DNA of 64,000 nt from Botryllus schlosseri (taxonomy: Eukaryota). The stretch is taken from the NCBI GenBank assembly GCA_051294905.1, contig CM119377.1, forward strand, positions 5,146,001 to 5,210,000, in the 5' to 3' direction. The translations under genes were made by a program, and so were the position numbers. Numbering within the stretch: the stretch's first letter is position 1; each line of letters starts with the position of its first letter. The notes under the pieces were generated by a model that saw nothing but the letters and a program-made list of their open reading frames with translations, had not been told where the DNA came from and did no database searches. This document shows, piece by piece, positions 38,101 through 50,667 of this stretch.

Positions 38101-41100
38101 AATTTTGTTACGAAAGGTTTTTTTGAAAATCCCTCCATGGGATTGTAGATATATGTCTGTACTATCCCTCCACCAATTTTGAATGTAATAAATCTAGAGC
38201 ATTTCGACTTTTTAGGATTTTGGTGAACGAGGGGTGAAAATTTACATATCTTTTTGAGTTCTTGTCCCCTGGGGGGGTATGCCTATGGTTGAATGTAAAG
38301 GCCATATTCGGAAAGAAAATTTCCTGCCCTTTCAAACAATATATGGATCATGGAGCTTGCATCTACCTTGTGGGAGATATGACCATATACGTGAACACCT
38401 GTAAGATTCATTTCTAACTAGGAGTGCCCCCTTAAAAAAAATTTAAAAATTTTCTGTTCACCCCATGAAAGTGTTAGATTGTCTATAGAAACGATGTTCA
38501 CCAAATTTGGCTCAATTCCAACCAGTGGAAGCGGAGTTATCGCCGTCGGAAAATTTGGAGTACCGGTATCAATAAAATAATGTTTACGGTGACCAATTCT
38601 TTAATTAGTTATCATAGTTGTGCCCACCGTAAATACTATATTATTCAAATCCAAATTTTCAAACGGCAATAACTCCGCTTCCACTGGTGGGAATTGAACC
38701 AAATTTGGGGAATATCGTTTCTATAGACAACCTAACACTTTCATGGGGTGAACAGAAAAATTTATGAAATTTTTTTAAATTTCTTTTTATATAATAAATA
38801 GAAACCTTCTCCTGTAGCAATGCTACTGGCTACTACTACTGGCTACTACTACTAGCTACTGGCTGGAATACAACCAAATTTGGTGTGTAGGCTTAAATTA
38901 GGTAACATAACAATTTTATCAAGTAGCCAGAACAATTTGAGAAAAAAAGTCATTTTCGAACACCCCTAATATTCATATCCAAATAAACCCGAATATTTTC
39001 CACCGAAACTCGTCAGGGGTAATCGTCAACGACAGGTAGAGGATTTAAAAGAACATTGTGTATTAGCAATCATATGGTCAGATAATATAATATATGCTAT
39101 AATTGAAGACTTGAAGAGCTTCTTGGAAGTACAGAACTCCAATATACATTATACAATTGTATAGTATTCATATTCGGGAACCACTGGACCAATCACAGTA
39201 AATGCTCACCGTAAGCTGCGGAGGATTCTGCAACACGAGATTATTCGGCGCCGTGTCGGGATTGACCCTCAACAGTCCGTGTTCCTTCCTGTGTCCGGGG
39301 CTGTTATTTTGTGGACTGTGCGAAGGGTGCCGCGGTCCTTGAAATCGCGGAAAGCTCCAGTTTTTCGGCCGGCTACCGCTTTGCGGGTGCGGGGCGCGGT
39401 TGCGCGGTACAAAGGTCGGAGGTCGAATGGGAGCCTATCGACGAAATGTATTTGTGTAAAGAGGAAGCGTGTGATAACCAGAGTTATTACTCATGCGACT
39501 AACTGGTATAGGATTATACAATGGTAGAAGTAGTTAGAGCTGCTTATCAAGTGAAAGTAATGCCAAGTAGTAAATTTCAGGAGCAAATGAAATCTCTAAA
39601 AAGTACGATACTCGACTAGTGTCAATATGTAGCTTTGGGGTCAGAGGGTGGCATGCTTTTAGCAGTGAATCGAAGGCGGCTAGTTTTGAAATTGCGATCA
39701 TCAACGTTCGTTAAATTGGACAATCCATATTCGCGCAGACGGAAGGACTTTCTTTATATTACATTTTTCACAAACATACACTGCTGTATGTCTGTTCAAC
39801 GTTGTCCGTTTATTGCATTATTTTCTTTGTAACGACAACCACATAGTTACCGGTAAAGTTGACTTCGTCTGTCTTTCATTATAATATTGTTACATCACAC
39901 ATCGCCGAAACGGTTTTCATTTGAATCTCCATTTATTCTCTTCTTATTGTGGCATTAACTCTTGATGAGAGGCACACAAAAAGTCTTCCGAGTTAATAGA
40001 TAATACTGCAACGAATGTGGCCTCGAAAGCAATAACCATAATTAGTGTGTACTGTCTACAATGAAGATACAGCATCTCGAGAAAATGCTGGCCATAGTCT
40101 TGCGTTGCATGATTAGCGTTCAATAGCCAGGAAGGAAGCGCTAGACCAGTGAAACAAAGGAAAATGCTGGTGATGTGCTGTGCCGTTAACTTCAACCGCT
40201 GTTTCGGGGCATGCCGCATGCCAGCCCTTACCGGGCAGATGCACCTCTTACCACATTATGAGCTTTTAATACCTCCTGTTCCCACGACGAACGCGACTTG
40301 AAATTCGTCATAGCGACTTGATGATTCACATCTACCAAAAAGCACGAGAGTCAAGTGAAATACAAAGCTCGAGTACATGTAGACACTCACTCATGTGGGG
40401 AGGTGGGGTCATGATCATTGGGGGTGTCGAAGGCGTCGGCAATCTCATGATTTGACCCGGGGCTTGAGGACCGCCCAAAAAATGATTCGGGTGCAGGTGG
40501 TAGAGCGCGTTCGGGTGTCCGGGGGGAGGACCTTGAAGGTACATTAGCCGCTGGTGCGATTCGGACATCTGTTAAAACAGACAACATGTTATTAGTTAGT
40601 GCGATTTTTTTTGACATGTCAGAAAAAGTCAAAATTTTGTCGAAAAATTTTTTCAACCTGCACTTCGTTTGTATCGTATATGTTTGCACTGTCGGTAAAC
40701 TTATCATTTCACATCTTGTAGCCTACTTTATAGGCCTACCGTTGTACACGGCCCATTGTCCGCTCATTGTGCATCATAAACGGTCAAATGAAACAAATAA
40801 GTTGACATGGTGTTATGCTCAACGTGCCGCAACATCCTAACTGAAGCAAGACTGGGCGTGGGCATTGGTTCTTACATCATGAAGCGCATGATGAAAAGTT
40901 GTGATGTGGACACCATTGTCTGAATGTAGCAACACAGTGTGTCACCAGCAGTGTACGCACAACTTCAGTTTCGCCAGCCAACAACGGCTGCTGTTGAACG
41001 TTCTTCCTCCATTCTTGGCAAGCTACTTAGTGAGGACAGACACTTTCTACACAAGCATGTAGGAAATTATCTTTCGTTGTACTACAACAAATTCTAATTA

Positions 41101-44100
41101 TTTCTACCATAATGTGCGAAGTAACTACTGGAATGCTTCATAGTCCAGATTTCAATAAAATAAAGTTTTTTCACGTAAAAAATTGTCAGTTTTCAAGTCA
41201 AAAAAGTTTTTTTCAGGCCATAATACCTCGAAAGGACAGGCAGTTCCAACAGAAGAAGATAATGAAGACAAGTAGTACAATTCTAACGTTATGAGAGAAA
41301 ACACCTAATTTGCATAGTACAGACAGTAGACCTTACTACTTTTTCCAAGCATTCTAGTAGGTTTTGTTTACTGGCGCTACCCAAGTGGTTAAATGTTAGT
41401 CAACTTCCACTTTACGCTTCTTATTTAGGCACTTTGGATTTTGTGACATAGATAGCCGACTTAGGATATGCCAGTACCACTTTTATGGCTGAAATTGTTA
41501 CGCCTTGCATCATGGTAACCGAATATACTTTCTAAAATTGCCCATGTGTGAGACCAATCGACCAAATCTACTTTTTGAAAGCAATTACTTGGGTACTTTT
41601 CATATCTTCATTTTCTACTACTTTCAGTACTTTTGACATGTCTTTGAAATTTCTACTTCAATTAGTAATAAAGTAGAAATTAACTTCTTTGAACACTTCT
41701 GGTGTATGCGGATAATTCACAAAAATCCCTTGGACATTATCTCAATTCAACCGATGCGCACAGCCGCGCTTTAGCACACACCTGATAGCCGGCTGGTTTA
41801 TCATCGTGCAAATTTGGCGCCCCAGACGATATCAAGGCACTTTGATTTCTTCTCGATAATCGATGCTTTGGACTGCAAATGTGAAAAAAAGACATTACGG
41901 CTTTCTTATAGGAACCCGTTTCTGGTCACTCAAAACTACACACAGATCTTACTTGGATAACACGCTCAAATGTGGACATAAGGGCTGTTCAAAAACAATC
42001 TTCTCCTTCAAATTTCACTGGCTACGTGATAAAATTATTATATCGGCTAAAACAACGCTGCACACCAAATTTGGCTCAATTCCAACCAGTAGCTCTTCCG
42101 GTGAAATTTTAAAACGAATCTTGCTAGATAGTGAGCCATCAAAAATCTAGATTAACGCACAATGTAATTAGAACAAAGCTTCAATTAACCGAGGAATTTA
42201 CTGCCTTTTAGATATCAATCATGCTACGTGTGGTTCTGTTGAAATGCTACGTGTGGTTCTGTTGAAGTTTCTGCAAGTCCTATTACTTGATTTAAATTCG
42301 AAAGAACTACCAAATGTCGCTAAATCATACTGTCGAAGCTAAATGACTTTTGTTCAACAAGTCTCTTTAACATTCACATGTAGCTGGACTATTACGCGTT
42401 GTAGGCTATTTACAAACAGTTTGGTACAACACTTGCAGTGTTCTGAAGAAGGCATCATAGCCTAAAAATAGACCGTGAAATTAGTATTACAAAATGATGC
42501 AGAAAATACGGTTCTCATCAATTTAAAATTCGATATTTCATTTCTCTACTGAATAGAACACTTATTGCATTTTGCAATAGAGATACAAAATTATGATAAT
42601 ATTATCCCACCTGTAATACCCGCTGTCACTGTCGACGTCAGCTTCGTCGCCGTTATTGTCGCTGGACTCACAACTCGCGTTGCGGTCGACGGCCGTATTT
42701 GCTCTACGCCGACGAGCTGATCGCGTCATTTTCTTCAACGGACTCGGCTTTTCGACCAGAGTCTTCGAAGCGATGTCAGACGGGAAATCTGGAATGGCGA
42801 GGGACATTTTGATGGACTAACGAAAATATGTGCATATGTCGATTGTAACTGCTCGCGTTTCAGTTGTAAGCAGACTTGTGCCAACTACCAATCTAGATAG
42901 TTGATATGACTCGAGTCACGATTTTTTGGTGACCCGACTTGACTCGAGTCATTTTTGTAAATGCGTAAACTGACTCGACTCGAGTCAATTTTTGTATTGA
43001 CTCAACTTGTACACGAGTCATTGTGCACGATTCCAACCAAGTCATATGACTCGAGACCAGGACGGCCAAGACAGCCATTTCATTGTAACTTCGAAGAATA
43101 GTAAAGTCACTACATTTTTGGTGTTTCGTCTATCAGTCCTGATACGTGAATAATCGGGCCGGAAAATGTTCTTAGGACTGACTTAAATTATGATATTATG
43201 AATGGGAGCCATTCCATATCACTCAAGCGGAGTTGAAAAAAGTGGATTGAACTCAAAACGGAACAGTGACCATCATGACTTGGACTCGGACGCGATTCAC
43301 AACACTATGACTTGGACTCGGTCCTCTCCTCACCGACTTGGACTTGACTCGAGTCAAAACTATAAAAGTGAGATTGACTTGTGACGTGGGACCTCGCGAC
43401 TTGGTCACAACCCTGCACTCAACTAACCACTGGATTTTTCAGTACTTCTAGTTCTAGTTGCGGATTTTGAAAAGTAACCAGTTCCAGTTCTAATTGCGCA
43501 TTTGAAAAAATAGTTGCAAAACAACTAGAAAACATGTGTCGTCGGTCGGCCTGAATCGTGATACCGTTAATTGTAATTTAGTTAGTTGTGTGTACCGGGT
43601 CGTTAGTTCTAATTCTAGTTCTACTTGAGAGTTTGAAAGCGAGTAGGCTAGTTCTCGTTTTATCTTTTGAAAATCCGGTAGTTTGTAGGCCTACAAGTCT
43701 AGAGTCTGTAAGACGTTCAGAGACTCCGGTCAAGAAACGTTAATAAACGTGATTTTCCAGAACAAGTGCTGTAGCATATGTCATGATTACGGCTATAATT
43801 TTTTGACCTAAAAATGAATAATTTTTTCCAAAAAATTTAATTTGAAAGTGTAACTATACAAAACAAGCGGTGAAGCATATGAGGGCGATTTTGACCTAAA
43901 TATTTAATTTGACATTGTTTGACATGACAGACTGAGGTTTGACCTATGAAGAGCTCAAGTAATTAATTTGCGCATTAGCGCACAAAAAGTTAAAATTGTA
44001 ACTAGAGCCCGACCGATTATCGGCTCGCCGATAATATCGAGTCGATATCACGCTTGGAGAGAAATATCGGTATCGGCCATTGAAGGTAAAAAAATATCGG

Positions 44101-47100
44101 CCATTTTCGTGACGTCACAACATGGTGGCAGGGAGTCAGAGAAGTCGATAGAAGACGTGAGGACGGTAAATTATAAAAATAAATGGCCAAGCTGCATATA
44201 ATGCATACTGCATACAGGCAGTAGGCGTGCCTAACTGCCTATCTGAAAAATGTTGTAGATAACTAACCACCGTTATGCCCCACTGACTTCGTGGGAATCC
44301 CCCTGCAGTAATCGATCACCATGAAGACAGAGTGCAGCTGGATGGATAGTTGTCTGCACAAGAGCTAATTATACCAGTAATGTATGAAGCCGTCTGACTG
44401 AGGCCTGCGGGGCCACCATGATAGGAAATATATGCGAGCATAGAGGGCAAGAAAATCAAGTAAACGTGGAGTAAAGCCAATAATAATACGGAAATTTTTG
44501 ATTCCATGATGATCTTGGCCAATTATTATTGATCAATTGATTGTTGAAATGCTGGTCATGGTCAAGGCTCAAGGGGATGGGTGGAGCAGTTGCGGACGTG
44601 GACAATTTGAGTTGTTTTGCTCATTCTCTTCAACTATTTGTTAATGATGTGCTGAAGGCTCCAGGTGTACTGCCAGAAGAATATCAATATTTAGTGAAAC
44701 CATGAAGGAAAGATCCCCGGCAAGGGAGCGGTGGAGCCGAAATAAAGAAAGATTTCCAATTCTTGCTGTGCCACTAACTATGGTACCAAGTGAAAGACTG
44801 CTTACTGTGTTTAGTACTATATACATCATTTATGGAAGACCACAGAAGTTCACTCCTAGGAGAAAGGGCCGAGAAATTGTGCTTCGTGAACTGTAATCTG
44901 CTACTGCTGGATTGGTGCTTTTTTGATATATTTTTATAGCCCCTATATCATATATTTCATGTTCAAGCATATCAATGGCTGTAAAGTTGTTGAAATAAAT
45001 GCTCTGAGGTGTTAAATATGGGCCTTGAGCTAGATTTCACATCTTTTGAATATCGGCTGAATATATCGGGGTTATCGGTGGAGGTACTGGATATCGGTAT
45101 TATCGGTATCGGCTCTGAAATCCAATATTGGTCAGGCTCTAATTGTAACACGGTCGATTTCTGCATTTTCTGATTGGAGCCATCTGTCCTTAAGAAGCAG
45201 TTTGGCAAGGATGGTGAAAAAGCGTTCAACAGCAGCAGTTGTTCAGTATTTATACAATAACGCTTCACCAGGGTGAGTATTATTTTTATGAAATCGAAGA
45301 TGTGTAATTACACAAGAAACGGATTTACTAATATCACAAATTTTAAGTAGCGAACGAAAAACAAGGCATTCGTTGCAAGTAATATTAAGACTGGCTCAAT
45401 CAAACAAGGCCCGTAAAAGCACATTGAACCATGGAGTTGATTCAAAGTATTTACTGCAATTTACAATACCTTGAGTGAATGTAAATCAATACCTGCATTA
45501 AGCATTTGAATAATATATTCATAATGAAATATACCCAAATGAATATACGAATATACTATTCAATTGTATATTGAAGTTCTGTACCTCCAAGAAGCTCTTC
45601 AAATAAAGTTTTTGAAAAATCCGAGGGCGATGCAAATGCATTTTCCAAATATCACAACCAATGAACCAATTACTATTATTCATTGACACGGATTACATCA
45701 CTCTGTCACATTAAACAGGCAGATTGAGTTAAGACTCTGACTCAAGTGATGGAATGAAAGCAATAAGGCTGATCAGCAGAATATGAACTCAATTCACGCC
45801 ACAACACAACCGATGACAGGATAATTACATCATGTTTTCAAGTATTGTCATTCACACATTAAATGCTCCCAATCTTATAGTGCTGCGTCACCAAACGACA
45901 GACCATAACAAACTTCTCATTGTAGCAACAATTGAAACAGAACAAACACACACATAGCACAATCACGTGCGTTCCCTTAGATATCAAGCCTCTGGTATAT
46001 ATGTGGAATAGTAATCCTTGCAAAAAAATCTGATCTCTAAGTGGCCTCTTTCTGGTGACAAGGACTTAAAAGGGTGGTAAACAAATACATCATAATAATG
46101 CTATAACACACTTGTCATGCTCCTTGCCATTAGCATCAGTATTATAACATTAGCATCAGTAATATACCTCAGACCGGTGTCTTGCAACAATAACTGCTAG
46201 TTCATTAAACTTCCCACAAGGTTTATTCTTCCATCTCCCAATTTCAATCAAGATATAGAGGAAAACTGTAGGTTATTGACCTATAGAAATGCACTACACT
46301 ACAAAAATACCAGCCTATTGTTACACATGTGCACTATTTTTAGCACTGCTTGTATTCTCAAAGTGTTGCTAGTTGGTGTGATATTTCTCCATACGATTCT
46401 TTCCTTATTAGACTGCAGTAAAATATTTACGATGGTCAGCTTACTAATTAGAATTGACATAAAAATTTAATGATAACCAATACGAAAACAAACTAAACGC
46501 AAAATTTCTGCATTCCTGCAAAGAGATGCCATAAACCTACTCTAGCAAAGATGAAGGCAAATAAATGTGTCAATAATGTATATTGCTTGCTATATTCTAA
46601 ACAGTTCCGTAGTCTAGTAAGTGGGAATATGACATATGCTTCTCTAACCTCTATCCTACGCAGTACCAATGTGCAATGGATATTTGATCAGAGATAATAT
46701 TACGTAAAAGCATCTGCCACCGACCTGTTTGCAGAGCGCAGTCGATCATTTCTTGTGTCGTTTCGCTGTTCTTGGCGTCGACTTTCGAGATTTCCATTTG
46801 TATTCCGACGCTACGTTGATTTTTTCTGCCGTTGTTTTCCTCGCGGTTATTCTACAAATAAAAGAGAATTAGCTTCAACGAAGAAGACTGCAAACAAACA
46901 TTTGATTTGAGGTTTTGTAAGCATAGGCTAACACCAAACAAGGCACGAGAATAATCAATGATGATTCAATTAGCTCTGCAATACACTTCACAAGATAACA
47001 GATGATCAAAATTTTGTTAATGAAATACCCATCCTGTCCTACCAACCATTCAGAAAGAGAAGAATTCACAACCAATCTTACACTGTCGACGCCACCCAGG

Positions 47101-50100
47101 ACACATTCAAATTTGTGATCCACCACCACAATATCTTGCTCTCACGGATATCAGTTTTTTATCACCTGAATTGATCAAGTTCCCAATACCCTGCCAAAAA
47201 TGCTGTGCGATCCTATTGTTTTGTACAATGATTTTAGTGTACATATAGGTTTTGATTGCACATGGCATAATGATGAAATCTCTCTCTCTCACTCTTCTTC
47301 TCAACCAGAGGTCCTCAACCCGGCATTCTTCAAAATGAAAATCAACCCAATATGCAATTACGGACAAAGGACAAATGTATGCAACTCAAGAGCAAATATT
47401 GGAAACTTCCAATTCAATGATAATTTTACTGCTACCTCTATGATATTGCATATGTTATATGTGTTGCTATTGAAGTTGCAGCAAGGCGAATACCTTTTAA
47501 AAACCTCAAACTGGCCATTGATTGTTAGGTTACTTTTGAAAAAAAAAACGAGACTCTGCCGTTTGCTAGCCTCTACCCTAGTGCAGTCACAGTTTCATAA
47601 GACCATATCCTCATAGTGAGGTACACCAAATCCTATGTAGACCATGACACCTATATTACCATATGATGCAGAAAAGTGAGTTCAATATGTCCATATCAAT
47701 CAAAATTTTGATGTTCCATTTATCTAGTTAATGAACAAGCGTCCAGCTTCTTGCATTAACTGTCGGGATTATAAAATCGAAATAACTTTGGCCGGCCAGC
47801 ATGCAAGGTGACACGGGCCTACGGTTGGAACCACCGGCGAAAACTATCACTAACTAACTAACACGCCTGCTACATCACTTTGACAAGGCAGAAGTAGAGT
47901 TCAATATCTATCTTTGACCAGACAGCATCAGAATACTCACATGGCGGCGCCCGTTATTACTCCTCCTCGCCGACTGTGATCTGCTCGAATAATTCCGTGA
48001 CAACGACGGCGGGTAATGAGGTCGATCTAATTCAAAGTGTAAGTTCATTCTTATTTGCAGGGTACGAAAGAGTAAATGACATGTCTATCAATATGGCTTG
48101 AAACTACTGGAAAATTCTAGATCCGCAATCAAACGAGACATCTAAAATCGCGCTTACATTGAGCTTGTGAGAAGCTTGCGTACGGGAACTGACGCGAGTT
48201 GGGGTGATACGCGTGAATTGGAGTTGGTTGAGCAGCGGGATGAGGTATATTTCCGGCATGGTGCTGTCCGCCGTGATTGATGTAGCGGTTGTGCTGTTGG
48301 AGTTGGAATTGCGGACTCTGCGCAGTTGTACTCTGTGCGTATCCTCGTGCATCTTTGTAATAGTTGTGGTAACCCAGTTGATCACTAAAAGGAGAATTCA
48401 AGTCACCAATGTCAGATTACCGTCCCAGCATGACATTGCGTATTTTAACACTGGATGATACAAAATACTCCCTATAATGCTACAGGTTTATCGACGTGAT
48501 AGGGATATCAACACTGAGATGCAACAGTAGTGGTATGTAAACTGACTATCTATTCAGTACCATATTAAAGAATTACAGTATGCAAATACCTGGATAATAG
48601 GATGTCAGAAATAATGGTAATACAGTGAAGTAGATAAATATATTATGCAGCTGTCATGCCACCATAATCGAAATCTTTGATGCAAACCATATGGATCGGC
48701 GTTATCATGGAGAACAATGCATTGGTGACACCAAACCACAATTTAAAATATTTACAGCTCTCAATTTGTAAACTAGGTCACAATGATGGATCTTCGAGTC
48801 CCTGTGATCCTATATCCATAGAAGGATGGTCACCAGTGCATAAGTAGGACTGGGCATAAGCGATTACAGTTACTCAAATCCGAGCTGAGTATCAATTGCG
48901 AGGATCTCGAGTCAAGTTAACGAGAGTAGGACGAAATTATACGCCAATTGTGCTGTGGTTAACAATAATTTCATCAACGATTCTTCTTGTCGTGAGAGCC
49001 TCACAGTCTTGGTTGTTTGTAACTACATAGCCTAGGCATGTTGCACAAGACTACATATATTTATGGAGCTAACATTTCTGTTAGGCATTGACAGAACACT
49101 ATGAAATAGTCGGGGTCAAGACTGAATACAAGGTTGCTTTTGAATGTAAAGGTAACTGGAGTTACTGTGTGTTCCTTGTTGCCACAATAAAGATACATAG
49201 GTAAGCTTTCTAAGACCAAGTGATGAGTAGGGCGATTTTCTTTTACCTAAAAAACTTAAATACAGATAGAGATAGTTATATTATTTATATTGTATTACTT
49301 GGAAGTAATACAATACAATATAAATAATACAACTGTCACTATCTGTATTAACGTAGAACTACTTGGTAACTAACATTTGAATATTATTTCCATTTGGATC
49401 TTGCACAAACGGATAGCAAGATGTCAAATAGTGTGGAAGTGGTCCTTGCGACGGCTGCGATGACATGTGCTCCGCCATTAGACCCGCGATATCAGAGCGA
49501 GGCACAAAAGGCTCAACTTCGGCGCTAAGACTTGTTGCCTGAAAATAGAAATATTATGTTTCAAAAATTATAAAAGGACTTGAACTGACAAGAGAGTTGT
49601 CAACAGGGAATTTTGTTGTTTAGGGGAACATCGATGACCATGGGGAACGTGGGTTTGACGGGTCACATACATTGTGAAGAAGTGCTAATTTGTCTATCTG
49701 TCCGTGAAGCTATAGGCCTATACATGAAATTAGTCTATTTAAAAAGCAGGTTTTATGCATTTGTTACTAACTATCTCAGCGATTAGGACAACTTATGAGT
49801 TACTTACTGGGACAGTATGATGTCTATAAAATTGAGGATACCATATGTCCTGTGAGGACGCCCAAATGTCCTTTTGCGCATGCCGTCATGGCGTCAGCTT
49901 TTTAGTTTAGTTTAGTCAATTTAAGACGGTGTAGACTGTGAAGACTAAATTACGTCAACCCGACACACACAAACTAATAAAATATCATTTATGAAGGATG
50001 ATTTTCGAAATTACAAATATTGCCAGTGAAAAATCGCACTAAATCCTGGGTGCATTAGGAATAAATAATCATTTAACAGATTAACGGTAACAATCTTACT

Positions 50101-50136
50101 CACTTGGTTTAGATACGGAGGAACAGCTTGCTCCAT
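23120..50136 (-). CDS. SECISBP2L: Selenocysteine insertion sequence-binding protein 2-like (SBP2L type), 22 coding exons, 1087 aa
   Basis: Hand-built exons, all GT-AG and phase-consistent, total 3264 nt: 50104-50136, 49375-49538, 48158-48384, 47941-48026, 46725-46851, 42611-42788, 41782-41872, 40391-40568, 40273-40331, 39210-39434, 36021-36128, 34823-34987, 33968-34125, 32974-33085, 32605-32743, 31502-31637, 30491-30574, 30169-30308, 27444-27598, 26779-26889, 26590-26710, 23120-23586. Motifs: LSAEVEPFVP, YLTSCYPFVQ, QTDFPSDIA, DSDSGYYSPKH, QLNLGEML, HNPLDS..KKPSALKKVILKERE, PKIHSRRYREYC, L7Ae domain (QKDP..RRFVLGIREV.KHLKL..GGLDD..VFALGR..VPVSIIGIF) and HMGHSRNPSAASGISFCSVISEPISE. Confidence 0.95.
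23778..24353. mobile_element. GACTCGAGTC MITE copy (23778-24194) plus an oppositely oriented fragment (24200-24353), SECISBP2L intron 21
   Basis: Termini CAGGGTTGTAAC / TTACAACCCTG; shared internal sequence with other copies. Confidence 0.9.
24358..26491. mobile_element. hAT-type non-autonomous element
   Basis: TIR CAGGGGCGTAGCC / GGCTACGCCCCTG; partial flank repeat TCGC. Confidence 0.7.
24521..25363. mobile_element. hAT MITE nested in the previous element
   Basis: TIR TAGGGCAAGTTTTTG / CAAAAACTTGCCCTA; perfect TSD CTAATTAC. Confidence 0.88.
26993..27140 (+). mobile_element. Degenerate copy of the Meta-like SINE
   Basis: TAGCGTAATGGTG..GGTAAGACCAAAGAC..AAAACTGGTATCC shared with 7121-7372. 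Confidence 0.6.
28062..28594. mobile_element. GACTCGAGTC MITE, SECISBP2L intron 18
   Basis: Family internal sequence and right terminus GTTACAACCCTG; left terminus eroded. Confidence 0.9.
28692..29938 (+). mobile_element. hAT (Ac/ZBED-like) deletion derivative with dimerisation-domain remnant
   Basis: TIR TAGAGCCCGACCGAT / ATCGGTCGGGCTCTA; TSD GTATTTAA/GTATTTAC. Remnant WWNRNKERFPILA..TMVPS..FST..EDHRSSLLGEK.EKLCF. Confidence 0.9.
30892..31295. mobile_element. TAGGGTTACCA-type hAT MITE remnant
   Basis: Termini TAGGGTTACCACA / ATGTTGCAACCCCA with GAGGACAC motif; no TSD found. Confidence 0.45.
31308..31450. mobile_element. GACTCGAGTC MITE fragment, SECISBP2L intron 16
   Basis: CAATCTTACTTTTATAGTTTTGACTCGAGTC family segment. 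Confidence 0.75.
31884..32449. mobile_element. GACTCGAGTC MITE, full length, SECISBP2L intron 15
   Basis: Termini CTGGGTTGTAACC / CATTACAACCCCG; TSD ATGCACAG / ATAGACAG (6/8). Confidence 0.92.
32818..32960. mobile_element. GACTCGAGTC MITE fragment, SECISBP2L intron 14
   Basis: Right terminus CTTACAACCCTG ends 13 nt from the exon 14 boundary. Confidence 0.8.
33362..33921. mobile_element. GACTCGAGTC MITE, full length, SECISBP2L intron 13
   Basis: CAGGGTTGTAATGACTCGAGTC ... GGTTACAACCCT. Confidence 0.92.
35031..35608. mobile_element. GACTCGAGTC MITE, full length, SECISBP2L intron 11
   Basis: CAGGGTTGTAATG ... GGTTACAACCCTG. Confidence 0.92.
36613..38967. mobile_element. Long-TIR non-autonomous DNA element (superfamily uncertain) interrupted by a Kolobok-like insertion
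   Basis: CAGGGGTGTTCAAAAATGACTTTTTTTCTCAAATTGT.CTGGCTACTTGATAAAATT at 36613 is mirrored at 38967; a further internal palindrome lies at 38440-38770. Confidence 0.8.
36779..38431 (+). mobile_element. Kolobok-like DNA transposon, internally deleted
   Basis: TTAA on both sides; TIR GGGGGCACTCCTAGTTAGAAAT. Frameshifted transposase remnant at ~37330-37590: RLSDESL..G.AHNKNEPLNMTLWQR / KEGYFGTAAVKRAVALCVLNWNVG. Confidence 0.8.
42898..43415. mobile_element. GACTCGAGTC MITE, SECISBP2L intron 5
   Basis: Family sequence; right terminus GGTCACAACCCTG. Confidence 0.9.
44003..45141 (+). mobile_element. Second copy of the hAT (Ac/ZBED-like) deletion derivative
   Basis: TIR TAGAGCCCGACCGAT / ATTGGTCAGGCTCTA; perfect TSD ATTGTAAC; colinear with 28692-29938. 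Retains VPSERLLTVFST. Confidence 0.9.
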
Positions 50137-50667
50137 ATTGTCAGTCGGATAGATCTAGTTCGTCAAAGGCGTCATCCAAAGGCAGTTGCAGACTTCATAG
50201 CATATCCAATAAATATATTTCGAGAGGTAACATATAGGTTACTCCTAGAGTGCGAAGAAACGCCTATAAGCCATCGATCGACAGCCGAACTAAGCAACTA
50301 GTCGAGAAATAATATTGTGAAGAAAACGATAACAAAATGAAGGATCAGATAAATAGTGACGTCGCACATTTTCCGCATTAGTGAAATTATTTAGTCATCC
50401 GTATTAGTTCAGTATCAATTTATTCATAATTTCATTTCAAAACACCACAAGAGTGCTATAAAATAAAAAGACACAACAGAGCGGTGTCGAAACAACTCGG
50501 AGTAGCCTTTGAAATCAGACACCCACCTGAGCCTAGGCGAAGTAAAGAAGGGGCAGGCACACTGCACAGTAGGTCTGTTCAAAAATAACTTTTTTTTCGC
50601 ATAAGTTATATCTTTCATCTGAGCAAGTCACTATAGATAACTAACCTCCATAGGTTAGTTTTCTATA

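Noticed and set aside
42226-42265. Short tandem duplications (23 bp here; 15 bp at ~25534-25565; GCTACT run at ~38822-38865)
   Set aside because: Ordinary slippage products with no further structure.
46875-47616. Cluster of 84-138-aa ORFs in SECISBP2L intron 4 as a nested gene
   Set aside because: No recognisable motif or splice structure; probably decayed repeat sequence.
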